Origin: Enoplolaimus lenunculus
Lineage: Eukaryota
Direction of reading: 5' to 3'
DNA: 64,000 nucleotides
NCBI GenBank assembly: GCA_030248215.1
Contig: JASANG010001737.1
Coordinates: 186,001 to 250,000, forward strand
Under the pieces are notes generated by a model that had not been told where the DNA came from, did no database searches, and worked only from the letters and a program-made list of their open reading frames with translations. The translations under genes and the position numbers were made by a program. Positions 41,501 through 54,200 of this stretch are shown here, one piece after another (position 1 is the first letter of the stretch; every line of letters begins with the position of its first letter).

Positions 41501-44500
41501 GAAAACTATGATCCTGGAAAGGAAATTGAACAACATGGTGCTGGATGGCAAACTGAACAGAATTACACTGCGGGTCTCGCTGAACAAAACGATGATGCAG
41601 AGCAAGGAATAGGTAAGGCATTTGGAAACATCTGCTGGTGTAAACTGTAACGTTTTCGGCGAATTACATTTAAACCGATGTCTAATCAATTTCTTGGGAC
41701 TGTAACGTTTTCGGCGAATTACATTTAAACCGATGTCTAATCAATTTCTTGGGACTGTAACGTTTTCGGCGAATTACATTTAAACCGATGTCTAATCAAT
41801 TTCTTGGGACTGTAACGTTTTCGGCGAATAACATTTAAACCGATGTCTAATCAATTTCTTGGGACTGTAACGTTTTCGGCGAATTACATTTAAACCGATG
41901 TCTAATCAATTTCTTGGGACTGTAACGTTTTCGGCGAATTACATTTAAACCGATGTCTAATCAATTTCTTGGGACTGTAACGTTTTCGGCGAATTACATT
42001 TAAACCGATGTCTAATCAATTTCTTGGGACTGTAACGTTTTCGGCGAATTACATTTAAACCGATGTCTAATCAATTTCTTGGGCATTTCTTTGCAACTTT
42101 CACTCACTTTACGTTTGTTATTTTTATCATCTTTTACAAATCCTAGGACGGAATCCCCTCTTTGGATCCGCGACTGCACTCAGCGCTGGTGCCAGGGTGG
42201 AACCGAATCCACGGTTTGACCTAATCCGAATTCATTGCTAATTTGCCGAATCTGGATCCGAACCTGGCATTTTGCAAATTTCCGATATATTGTTAATTTG
42301 TTTCAGAATACCAGCGGAACACCAGCCGAAATAAACTTTAAACATTGATATATTTCGTTCCCGCCCCTAGCTCTGAGATTTGTGACATGAAACAAAAAAT
42401 ATAGATTTAAAGCAAGCTATTAAAATTTGTTTAAAAATCTAAAAAATACTGCCGAACATTGTTGGACTCGGCTTTTGCATTCGGCTTTTTCACAATCGAA
42501 TCCGAGTCCGAACCTCAAATTTTTACCGAATTCGAATCCGAACTTTCATTACCGCCCTGGCTGGTTCCACTTGTCTCGTCGCCAAAAAGAAGGGAATAAA
42601 CGTGCTTGCTATAGATTTGCGAATAACCCTTGTGTGGCTAATATTTAGTCGTAAACTTTTATGATCTAAAGCGCAACATTCTGAAAATAATACGTACAAT
42701 ATATATACGTATACATTAATATGTATTAAACTGAAGCTGGACATTCAGGACCCCGCTGTAGCTCCAATTTTTGAAGGACACACAGCTGTCCGCTGCGGTT
42801 TTGTCATTGAGCAATGATAAGGACATAATAGTGCAAAGCATATTCTCAAGCAAAAGCCTAATCGTGAATATGAAACTATAATTAAACCTTGGCCAGCAGG
42901 ACTACGCCAAAGTAAAAAATCTTAGTTTTAGGCCTATGCCCTCTTGTAATACCGCGGAAAACGACACACCTTGCAATATAGGCCGTAACTAGGAAGACTG
43001 TTGGTAAATGAATATGAAGTTAAATTTTCGAGTTTCATCCAAAGTTTTTTTCTAGATTCCCACAGTGAATTATGCAACGAGCAAAGTGATAGCAACAACA
43101 GCCTTGATAGTATTGACTCTGATAATAAATACGTGCCAAATGTTGACTGTTTGCAAGGTTAGAACCAAAACATATATACTTCTTGAGGTCATAAAATAAT
43201 TTCGATTTGTTTTAAATGTCAAATCGCCCCTGAACCGTCGGGAAGAGCATTTGCCCACACAACTCCAAAAATCAAAAGTTCTAGTTTTTATTGTACACAC
43301 TTTGATTCCTCATGTTAAAATTTAGGTTCAGACTGAGGGTTGGCTTAAGAACCCACCCGTAAGCAGCTCAACATGCTAGACGCGCATGTTATTATTTTGC
43401 AAGCCAGCCCCCATCAGAAATTTTTGGATCTGCCTCTGCATGAACGGATTTTTATACAAATTTTAGATTCAGGCAACAAACACTTGGAAGCGAGAAGCGA
43501 AACAAACGGTGACATCTTCCGCATTGGATGTTGTAACGATAGCCCAGAAAGAGCAATACTTAATTCAACACAAACAACTGGTTTTTTGCTTCATTCAAGT
43601 CCAGTAAACGATTCAGACAGCTTTCAGACTGGTACGTACATATATTTTATTAAAAACCTACATTTTTTGGTTCTGGTTTTGTGTTGCATATAAATTCTAA
43701 GATAATCCGGCAGAGTCTACAACTCATTAAACAGTATGCATAGAAGCAACAGATAAAGACAGTTTCTTCAAGAGTTTTCAACGACTATGAAGTTAAACCT
43801 TTCGTAAGAATGGGTAAATTCAGGGTGTGGAACGAAAAATTGAAAGCATTTACTCGGAAAAATATTTGAAGGTAGCACGTGGTCGCAAAGGTGTAAAGTG
43901 CGCATTCAATTTATGACATTGCATTGAAAAGCGGTCAATATTCTTTTCTACACAGCTAGATCGTCGAAGTTCAGCTTTTTGACAGAATTTCTACGGGACA
44001 AATTAAAATATACCAGAACTTGTTAATTCATTTTTTAATTGGGATAGAAAATATGAACAGAATAGATTATATAGCGATAGCAATTTCTTATATAAAATCT
44101 AGCGTATAGGTAACTTATGTATTATTCTTTTAAGTGCGCAATGGAACTGCTGTACGAGCGGATCCCATCCACAGTGCAACCCAATCGACGAATCTTTCTG
44201 ATGACAATCGGGTAAGCAGACGGAGCATTCGAATTTTCGTCCAAAACTGCAAAGATTTAAGGCAACCACATTTTGATTATTCTTTGTTGAAAACAGATCC
44301 TGAAAATTTGTTTGTGTTTCAACACGCTGATATTCGGGTCGGAAGAGGTGTAAAGACAAAAACCAATATACCATCAGGTTCCGTTGTATTACAGTACGCA
44401 GGACAGCTTTTGTCAATGAAGAAAGGCAGGGAGAAAGAACTCGAATACGCTAGTCAACAAAAAGGAAATTATATATTTTATTTCAAAAATCCCATCACAC

Positions 44501-44727
44501 AGTCAACTTGGTGCGTCGATGCAACTTATGATGATGGAAGGCTTGGAAGGCTTGTTAACCATTCCAAGTCTTCTCGAAACATTGAACCGATTATTATAGT
44601 GTACAAAAACATTCCGAGGATAGTTTTTCGGGCAATAAGGGACATTTCGCCAAACGAGGAGTTATTATATGCATATGGAGAACAACGTCCCCATGTTCTA
44701 AAAGATTTTCCTTGGTTGAAAAACTAA
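32572..44727 (+). CDS. 14-exon gene (~910 aa) with a C-terminal SETD8/KMT5A/PR-Set7-like SET domain
   Basis: Hand-built exons 32572-32576 (ATG GC), 33156-33189, 33267-33309, 33783-33970, 34615-34976, 35600-35780, 36112-36159, 37270-37407, 38974-39111, 39292-39367, 40370-40464, 40946-41612, 43467-43631, 44135-44727. All introns are GT-AG, all phases are compatible, total 2733 nt = 910 aa + TAA. The 5' exons are less certain than the last three. Confidence 0.75.
32631..36712. repeat. Inverted repeat pair 32631-32750 / 36588-36712 with a 75-bp perfect core
   Basis: atgaaagctc...ttgaagcgca (32631-32705) is the exact reverse complement of 36638-36712; about 45 bp more matches imperfectly. Confidence 0.93.
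41075..41417 (+). repeat. Coding 27-bp minisatellite (GPGEQAE[H/P]N) x ~12
   Basis: aatggtcctggagagcaagccgaac(a/c)t repeated within exon 12 of the SET gene, with degenerate copies on both sides. Confidence 0.95.
41644..42083. repeat. 55-bp tandem repeat x 8 (intronic)
   Basis: actgtaacgttttcggcgaattacatttaaaccgatgtctaatcaatttcttggg, near-perfect copies (one substitution seen). Confidence 0.97.
42193..42559. mobile_element. hAT-like MITE
   Basis: cagggtgg...ccgccctg ends with an 8-bp TSD-like pair gctggtgc/gctggttc and internal ccgaa/ttcgg subterminal repeats. Confidence 0.8.
44135..44727 (+). CDS. Terminal exon encoding a SETD8-like histone-lysine N-methyltransferase SET domain
   Basis: Motifs GRGV, YAGQL, YIFYF, WCVDAT, GRLGRLVNHS, EELLYAYG and terminal FPWLKN parallel SETD8 (GRGV, YCVDAT, RLGRLINHS, EELLYDYG, HPWLKH). 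Divergent paralog-like, so no symbol is given. Confidence 0.93.
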
Positions 44728-45064
44728 AATTTTCTAGTAATCATACAGGTGCGTGGGAGACATCTAAGCCTTATTTGCATTTTAATAATCTATTGCGACA
44801 GAGTAATGGGGTCGCTATACTTGTCGTGCGACGCTGTTCGATGACAAATAGCTCCGTAAATTAATGTTTGTTTTGAATAGATATGCTGTGCCTTGCAAAA
44901 ATACACGTGCATTGCGGTACGGTTTCGGATTGCACCGGACGGCGCCGTAAAACAGTAAAGTAATCGAAAAGTATAGCGCCACCTTTAATTACGTGCAGGT
45001 AAAATACCGCTCAATTTTGTATTTTGTAACTATAATCAACACAACGTTTTGTCAATAAATTTAG

Positions 45065-45673
45065 GATGGTTGTTCAAAACAACTTGACATCTTAAAAACG
45101 AATCTATCGCAAACATTGTCAGTGGAACCACCTACCTCACATGAATATAAAACGATCGAACAGGAGGTTTTAGCCGGCGCAGCCCTTAGTGATGTGCCAG
45201 TTGACATGGTTCAATACTTAATTTCTACGCATCTTGGGCTGAAGTTACAATCATCATTATATTGCCAGCGTTACTTTAAACCGGTGGAAGGTGACCATAT
45301 CCAAATTTTGCACACTGGCCAATATCACTGGGTAACTTCAGCTCGAATAGATGGCCATATATACATAACAGACAGCTTGTACATGGACCAACTTACAGAC
45401 AAACTGATTTGCCAGCTATGCGAACTGTACAGAACCAATCCTTACAAGCCGTGTTCATTGGAAGTCGAACGACTGTGCGTTCAGAGGCAAACAAATTTCG
45501 TTGACTGTGGCGTTTTCGCTCTTGCGAACGGGGTCTCTCTTGCGCTAGGGCATGATCCTTGTCGAGTAAAATACCATATGCCTAGTATGCGAAAACATCT
45601 GTGCAAAATAATTAGACATTGGAAGTTGGAGATGTTTCCATGTACTGTTGTCGAAGAGCATAGCAGTCCTTGA
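45065..45673 (+). CDS. Ulp1/SENP-like (peptidase C48, clan CE) cysteine protease domain
   Basis: QILHTGQYHWVT (His ~45326), YITDSL (Asp ~45371) and VQRQTNFVDCGVFALA (oxyanion Gln, Cys ~45506) give the His-Asp-Cys order of clan CE. Frame is open from the acceptor tttag|GAT at 45065; first in-frame ATG at 45206; TGA at 45671-45673. Confidence 0.85.
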   Translation, partial: DGCSKQLDILKTNLSQTLSVEPPTSHEYKTIEQEVLAGAALSDVPVDMVQYLISTHLGLKLQSSLYCQRYFKPVEGDHIQILHTGQYHWVTSARIDGHIYITDSLYMDQLTDKLICQLCELYRTNPYKPCSLEVERLCVQRQTNFVDCGVFALANGVSLALGHDPCRVKYHMPSMRKHLCKIIRHWKLEMFPCTVVEEHSSP

Positions 45674-48214
45674 TATAACAGAAAACGAATCATAGGAACA
45701 ATTGAACATCTTTTTGATCCTGTGGGCAGTTTAGTTCTCCTATGCATATATGTTGTGTGGGGATGTAACGAAACGCGCAAAATTATTCTGAAGAGATAAA
45801 CAGCTTTTGCACACTTTATTTCCACATTTAAGACTAAATTCAGCCTTCGAGAACTTTTTCTCCGCCTAAGCCTAAGTCTAAGTGTGCGCATGAGACTGAA
45901 CCTAATCCTAGGCGTAAGCCTGGATGTGAGAGTGTACAAAAGCCAACACAAGTTTTGAATTGGTGCTAAATAATCCGGTACTCGAGACATAAATTTTTTC
46001 TCTTACAACATTCACATGTATGTAAATATCTGTATCTGTGCCGAAACCAAGGAAATAGATTCGATTTTATCTTTTACTGCATTTTTATTAATTGTTTTAT
46101 TAAATATATCTTTATTTTGTCTTGCCATATACCTGCTGTCGCAGAAATTTCACTATGGGTTTGCAAAATTTTGCAAAATGCATATTGCCATTTTTGTAGC
46201 CATATTAACGATAGACGCAACAATCTATTGAGCAGTATTTTAAGCGACCAGTTTTAAATATTATCTGCTCTAGATGCCTTATATACACTTTGTATTGCGG
46301 CCGAAGTTTGTTTTCTTGATTCTTTTTGTAGTTTTGATTTTACGAATTTTTCACTCGCTTTCTTTGTTACATTGTGTGTGCATAAAAATAAAAGCCCACC
46401 ACGCGTCTCACCTCTTTGTGCGTTTCAAATTGCACGGGGCCACATGCAATTGAATAAAGTCTATAAACGGCTTAAGGACAAATTTTATTACAATCGCTCG
46501 TGAACTAAAAGCTATCGGTAGGATTAGCCAGTCCCTATCGGCATATTTTATGGTTGCGCGTATGTGCATTTTTATAGCGCATTGAATGTGAATGCTATCA
46601 ACGTTAAAATTGTACGTGTTCAGGTTTATGTATTTCTATTTCGGTTAGTGTATGTCGAATATAATTTGAAATTTATAAAAAGAGTGTGTGTTGTTGTCTA
46701 CACATAAAAAATACTGATTGATGTATGAAAACACTGAGCGATTATTAATACGTGCGCATAAAAAAAATTGAAAAAAGTAGCGCTAAAAAATTTGTGCGTA
46801 TAAAAAATGACTGCAAAACCAAACGAAATTTTTTAACAACTGTGTTGTGTTCTAGTCAACGACGCTCGCAGCCAGCTCAACAGGAGGTGAATTTTAAAGA
46901 TTACACATATAGAAACAGTGCAAGTGTTTGGGAACTTTCTATATGACTTTGCTTAAGTGTGGTTTGGTTCCCCGACTACGTACAAATCGCTTAAAAAACA
47001 AGATTGTTCGTAGTGATGTTTTGTTCCTTATTTACAGTGCTGGGTGACTAAAATTATGACCCATGCACTTAGTGGGCAAACAATTTTAGGCCAAACTCAG
47101 AGTTAAAGTTTAAGCGTTCTAGAAGAGGTATGCTGTTGAATTCAAGACAAACCGGAAGCGGGTATACAAAACGTCTGGGGGCAGGAGGATACCAAATTTT
47201 TATGCGGATTGTCTGAAGATTTCTGCAGTATTTGAACCAAAGCGTAGATTTTTACGCTCATTTTCAATATATAGGTCGTTTTTATGCTTAAAATTGCACC
47301 TTTTATAGTTGGGCGCTGTGTTGTTTGCTAGGCTTTAGGACTAAGTGAGCAACATGGTTTACAGGTTTTGCTAGACAGCTTGACACGAATGTTGGCCCAT
47401 GTTACTATATAGGGGCGTTTAAGTTTCTGGAGGGTCTACAAAAGAGTAGGTTTAGATTCTAGATATATATTTTTTGCTTAGGCTTACGAATACGCTAATT
47501 CTTACGCCACTTTAAAGTAACATTGGCCCAAATGTTCCAAAGCCGAAGTGCCCTTCGACCTGCCAGTGGTTTGGACTAGTTCATTGTTTTCAGGCGTAGA
47601 TCTGAATTTTAAATTTGTGTCACAAGCTGCTGACGTGTTTGTAAATGCAGTGACGAGGTTGAAAATGTAGCAGTTTTGCATTTCATGGGCACTATTTCTG
47701 TAGCAGTTTGGAGATACGCAAATTTAGAAATTGTCAGTTTGAAAACCTATTGTTTTTTGTTTGGTATATTTATAAAAATAGGTGCTATACACAATTGAGA
47801 AGGCCCATACTTCCATGTGTAGAACAAGGCCGGATCGGTTTCCAGCGGGGCTGTAATAGAGTCAGTTTAAGGTTTAGGCTAGCTTTTTTGCTCAAGCTGA
47901 GACTTAGGTTTAGAAATAGGCTCATTCTTACGCTTAGGCCTAGTCGTAGCCTTAGGCTTAGAAATATGCTTTTACTACTCTCCCCACCGTGTTCTATACA
48001 TAGGCCACTTGTGCCATTGAGAACATATAAGGTCCCTAAATTCGTTTGACTCAAGGTTCACGTTTTCTGGGCCTACTTCAGATATATTTGAACTTGTTCT
48101 GTGCAATACTTTTTCAGTTTCATTTTGGAACTAAAATACACCATTTGGAGCCGTTTTCGCTGCTGCTGCGCAAAACACACGCGCTGCCGCAGGTTTTTTT
48201 TCGTCAACGCTGCA

Positions 48215-51200
48215 ATGTACAGTGCTTCTGCGCAAGATTCATATGCACCGACGGCCAACCATGATTCCAATACGAACTTTTTTTGCTCGAAAGACGGCGA
48301 TTCAGTAATTGCTGCTGTATGCGTACGAGATATTCAAACAAATCCAGGGCCAGTTTGTGGTCGTTTGTCACACGCTGAAGAACAACAAAACCCTGTAACT
48401 AATTGCGATTGCTTGTCGAAACCTGAAGAAAGCCAACTTCTTTTAAATGAGTCAATATGCGATTGCGAAAAAAAAATTCAGAATTTGCTGCTTCTCTGTT
48501 CGAAACTGCGAAAGTATGTTCATTCGTTTTTTATATTTTTGGCCTCTGTATACTTTCTTTTTCCACAGAAGACGAGGCTTACGCTTAAGCCAGCTTAGAC
48601 TTCATAGGTACGACTTAACCAGATGTTGACGAGAAAGAGGACGTAAGCCTTTTGTGAAACCTAAACATAAACGTGAGCCTGAGAATAAATCTACGGGGGA
48701 GCGTATATAGTTATAGAACCGAATTTTGAATATTGTGGTATTTTGAATAGTGCGTATACTCGATAAAAATGTTGTAACAGCTAAGATGTGAATAAAGATT
48801 TAGATCTTTTATCAGTATTCTTTGAAATGTTAAAGGATTCAGGCTCAGTATCAGCAGCCTGCCGTGATTTGGAAGTGAAAAAAGTGTCTGTACTAATCTC
48901 TATAATTTTGGGTAAACTTTTGCACTGTCGAATATCGCTGTTTTGGAGGAAGAAACTACGATTGTCCAAAACTATTTATACGTTGTATTTAGAAAGCGGT
49001 GATGACTTGCCAGCAACACGGTGGGAACACTAGACCAAAATTAGCATTCCTGAACGGCTCATTTTCGATACATCAAAATTAGGCAGCGACTTAAAGTATA
49101 TTAGTTCTCTCACTCAAATATGAACAGGAATAGCAGCATAGAGCTGTGTATCGATATAAAAAGTTACTGAACAAAGCGTCTAAAACACAGCGCGGAATGT
49201 TTTCGAAATATATTGGTCATAGTCGTCATATCCGGATTCTTCTTCGGTATTCAACTTTATGGACCCAAACTGACAAATAATTTTTAGAAGCAATAGCTTG
49301 AAACATAAAAATATATGACGTGTTCGGAAAATATTGCAAGCTCACTTAACGACATCTTAATTGAAAGAACTTGCGATAACTCTTATCTGTATTTTAGCTA
49401 GACATTGATTTTTGATCGCAGCGGCAGCCAAAGACAGAGCTCATACTGCATTCAGTTTATTGTTTTAGTTTGGAAATACTAGTACGTACGCCTCTAATGT
49501 AATGTTTGGCTCCAATGTTTAAGGTATGGCACTCAACAATTACAGACACATGTACCTGCACCTGTTGACGATTTCACAGAATTACCGGGATGGCACGTTT
49601 CGAAAATCACACAGCGCATGGAGTACTTTCTGTTCAATGGAATCCGTCGGTTTTTCAAATCACCTTCAAACATCTTGTACGATTCAATTAATTGTGGTTT
49701 TTTCATTTGGCAAAACCCCGGCGAGACTATCAAATCAGTATGGAATACTTGTCGCCCGGAAGTTTATTTTCGTAATAGAGATGCTTTCCAGTTTTTCACA
49801 AACAATTTACCAATTGCAATTTTTCATGAGAAGAATTTGAACAGTTACTTCGTCACATCATTGAACGATCCATACTTAGCTGTAGCTGCAGTGAAGGCCA
49901 AGGTTCAACTTGCAGAAGAGTTGGCCATCACAAAGAGGTTTTCGCATCTTACAGCTGAAAAGGTTGGAAGTTTGTGCGCTCTTTTCTCTCAACGACAACG
50001 ACGAGCGGTTAAGTATGCCGTTATGGAGACTCAGGGAAATTGCATGTCTGTGCGAATGTTGAAACAAATTGGCATATACCATCCAAAAGAAATTAGAGCA
50101 ACTGTTTTAGCAGATATGCAGAAGATTGAAAAACTTAAAGAGCAGTTCAATAAAGTTATGCTGAAATATTCTGAAGAATCCAAATCTAACACAAACGCTT
50201 TAACCAGATTTATAGATGACGAAATTGAATACCTTGGTAACGGAGGGATAGCGTCTTGTCTTGACAAACACCAAAACGAATTTACCAATAAAAATGCTGC
50301 AGGAGTGGAACTGTTGATATCAATACTTAAACCTCTCGCGAATATACGGAACCGAATAAACAAACTAATCGGTAATGATATTTTGTCGCTTCAAATCATT
50401 TTTTTCAAAATCGCATGCTACGCAACGCAAAACAATGTCACATTATCGAACCGAATGATAGAGTACATTAAAGAATTACAATATCCACAGAAGTTGCTGC
50501 GTCAAATTTTGAATAAGACTGTCACTGATAACGACTTGCAAGTGATCGTTAGCTCTATGATGACAGATGCCATTCAAACGGCAGAAGACAAAATTCAGTT
50601 ACTTATACGTGAGCTTGATCCATATGCAGCGAGACACATTCAGGTAATTGCTAAGATTACGAATGCGTTGAAAAGCATGCAGAATTCAAGTAACAGTCAG
50701 ATTGCAGATGCACTGGGACAAAACGATAGATTGGGATTACGAGTTCTATTGTTTCAAATTTTTAAATATGCGTCGCGCAACTGCATCAAGATACCACGGC
50801 AAATCAAAGAGTTTGCCGTTTGCCTTGGGTATCCAGAGCCCGTCTTGCGATGCATGTTAGATGGTTCGAAGCTACCAACCGCTCATATCAGCTCAATAAG
50901 CTCAGATTCTGAAATATCAAAAGCTGCGGAATCTTTGAAACAGGTAACCATTAGATATATAAAGCGCCAGAAAATATTATTGTATAATATGCTACGCGAA
51001 CAAAAATATGTGCGTCCCAATAGAGAGCCCGCCTACTTGAAAAAGTTTCCGAACGTGGGTCTTGCTATTGAAAGTTTTGTGCGGCGAAATAATGTAGGTG
51101 CAGACCGTTGGCGGCAATGTGGTTCTCTAGTTGCCTACTATAGAAGGGGAACGAAGTTAAGGCGCACGCATAAAGTTACTTTCAAAACTATTCAAAAACA

Positions 51201-54200
51201 TCTTAATAAAATATATTATCCACACAAAATATCTACGTCCACAATTTTTTACCTTTGTTGCCAACGCCATAAGTTAAAAAAACTGGTCCATCGCCATTAT
51301 AATGAAATCGATCTGCGATTCAAACGAAGTCGTCGTGGATTTACTGTTAAACACTCTGTTGACAAGTACCTTAGCGACGCATTTTATCGACTTAAAGATT
51401 TTATTGAATTGAAATGTAGTGTTGCAATAACATGTAACTCTGACGATGCCGCAGCGATCAGGACTGATACAGTGATTACACACTGTCAATTTCCGGTTCT
51501 CTCCCTGGAAGGTGAAGAAAAATTACGTACTCGCGTTGACTATCAAAATGCGTATCCATCTGGCATTCAGGTTTCTTCTTACTTCTTTCCTGAAACAAGT
51601 AAACATCCTATGAAAGTCGCTGGCGTGGTTAAACCAAAAGGTCTTTTTGGAAAGAGTGCAGCCCAGCACTACACTGATTATCTGAACGTCGAGGCTTGGG
51701 CAATTACAAAGCCGGACAAATTTTTTGTTTGGTTGTATCGCCGCGACGGCGGTCCTAATGAGGGCCCTGACAAAAAAGAGGTGAAATTGTTTGCGGCGCT
51801 ACTTCATCTTAACAAATCACAACTAATGACTGTTGTTACATCACGGTATGCAGGCGGTTCATACAAAAATGATGTGGAACGTGTTAATGGTTGTTTAAAA
51901 CAAGCAGAGACTTTGTTTCACTGCCCATCAACATCTGTTGGTAAAAACGACCTCTGGCAAAGCAAACCAGGCGCTCAGCTGCTAAAAGAAAATTGCGAGA
52001 TGGCTGGTAAAATCTATATGAGCCACGTCGATGGCGTGAAGTACAAAAACACGCCAATTAAATTGATGTTGGGTACAAATACCGAGTTCACGCGCGACAT
52101 TGTTTCGGCTTTTCTTGGCAAAAATCAGCATCAACGAAAGCTTCAACAAAAGAAACACCCTAGTTTATGGAAGCAGTTAGTACTCGCGCAGAACATTCAA
52201 AGAGCGCATGAAATGCCTTCCAGCGATGCGAAGTATTTTTATGGTTTACAACTGTGCCTTGGCAAGTTCGATTGCGGGCATCCGCTTTGTTACAAATATT
52301 CTACATCAAATACTTACAAGAACATGATGTAAGATTTTGTTGTTTTTACGGTAGCAAACAAAACACCACAAGGTAGAAGTGGGATATGAATTTCGCCAGT
52401 GATGATACAATCACACATTTAATTTCGTGCCTGCTTGAAACAGCTCTTTCAAACTGTATCTTAAATTAGGACCTTGGATAAGCTCTTCGTCGATGTTTCA
52501 AGCATTTTCATATATATGCTAATTTTCAACTGGATTTTATGATAAAGGTTTAGTTTCCTTCACTGAAAACTTTGTAAACTAGTTTAAACCAGTGACACGT
52601 CATGTCAACTCTGGATTCGCCGCTAATTGCCAGCTCAGCTGATATATAGGATATATTTCGTTTAGAAACACTTATAAATGTGTTTTCCATTTTTTTAGAG
52701 ATAACTTGCTCTGGTATCCGGGTGGTCCGCATATTTTCAAGATAACATATCCAGTTCGAGATCCATCACGAGAATGGGGTATCCATTGCGAAGACTGTGA
52801 CGGTCCGTGTCGCGGACACTATTTGGCAGGTATATTTTGCGTTTAATAAGAGATGGGATGAAGTGCGGGTAAACGCGAAAATATTCAGAGCGCGCATGAA
52901 AAATTGTGATTTTCAGCTCACCGAGATTTCGGGCAGCGATCGATAGACAAAGTACTTATAACTATAGCACAGAGTACATTGTTTTACTTGTAGAATAATG
53001 GTTTGTTTTTACCATTGCTATTACGGTTATCCTAACGCTAATTGGTTTCGGTTTTGTGTATGCGCAAATAATCAAATCTGATCAGTATAGTTATTAGCGG
53101 TTTAGCCTGGCATAAAATTCTTGTTCATAAAACTAGCATGTTAGCCTACACACAAATGTCTTTTATTTCAAACATTAATATTATCCTTAAACAGTTCAGA
53201 AATTCGTTTCTTAAACGGTTAAAACATAAATGTCTTATATTCAAGAAATTGCTATTGACAATTGAAAAAACACATGTTTCTTATTTGGAAATAGTTGCCT
53301 TTTGCTCAAGAATTAATTTTTTGATTTTTATGTATTTAAAAAGGTTACTCCATCATTCTTCAATTTATTATACTTCGGGTTGATCAGCCCGCCCCCAACC
53401 TAAGTTTACGTATTAGGCGTATCTTAGGTTGTAAAATTAAGTTGGTTTAGCTTTAGCCCCCATTGTTTCATATTACAGAAATATTTGTCTTATATTACAG
53501 AAATGTTTGTCTCAATCGTTCGTGAAACAAAGTCTTAAATCTCAGACTTTTAAGTCTAAAAATTTCAGACCCATATTTCTGAAAGTTTAAGAAAAATAAG
53601 TCTGGAATTCATGACATGTATGTCTGGAGGCTAGTGCCTAGACCAATGAGTAATTTGCCTGAATACCAGATTGGCCAATTTACTTTTGTTTTCAACAATT
53701 TCTGTTTAATTCAAATATAATAGTAATTTGTTTCATTTGAAAATATGTTTAGAAGAACAAGCAATTGAAGCTGTTATGAAAGATTCGTCGCTTCAAATCA
53801 GTATTTATCCGTCTAAACGAATAGCTCAACACGTTAAGCTTGCCGTTGTTGATCGCATGGACCCTTATGTTGGAGCTGAAGCTCTGGCTCGGTCATGTAT
53901 GCTTACACTGGCGGAAACGAAAAATGAAATAGAAAGACTGCTCAATTTAAAAATTAGTTGTGAGTTTATGTTACGCAAAGCGTTTTGGGTCGGAATGTAT
54001 TAAAATTTAAACGTTTAGATAATTAAATATGTTTCCACATGCTCAGCCCATCGTAAACTAATAAATTTTCGACAAGGGTCACAAAAGTAAAACAGAACCA
54101 CGCGAGCTTTCGAGCGAGAACTAACGGCATATGGTCCTAAAGCATATTGAAAACTTTTTTGTTTTGTAACAGTTCGGCGAAGCATCTGATCTCTGGTTCC

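Noticed and set aside
41644..42083. CRISPR-like appearance of the 55-bp array (also the 77-bp and 300-bp arrays)
   Set aside because: The units are contiguous and near-identical with no unique spacers, there are no cas genes, and the context is eukaryotic.
44135..44727. Assigning the symbol KMT5A/SETD8
   Set aside because: Divergent sequence, atypical architecture and transposase linkage; orthology cannot be shown without a phylogeny.
48788..49033. Extra transposase exon
   Set aside because: There is an in-frame TAA right after the acceptor at 48781, and 48513 joins 49524 in phase without it.
45065..52332. Calling the element Zisupton/KDZ because of the SUMO protease
   Set aside because: The transposase motifs and D(43)E spacing fit Zator/ISAzo13; I saw no KDZ, SWIM or SAP motifs.
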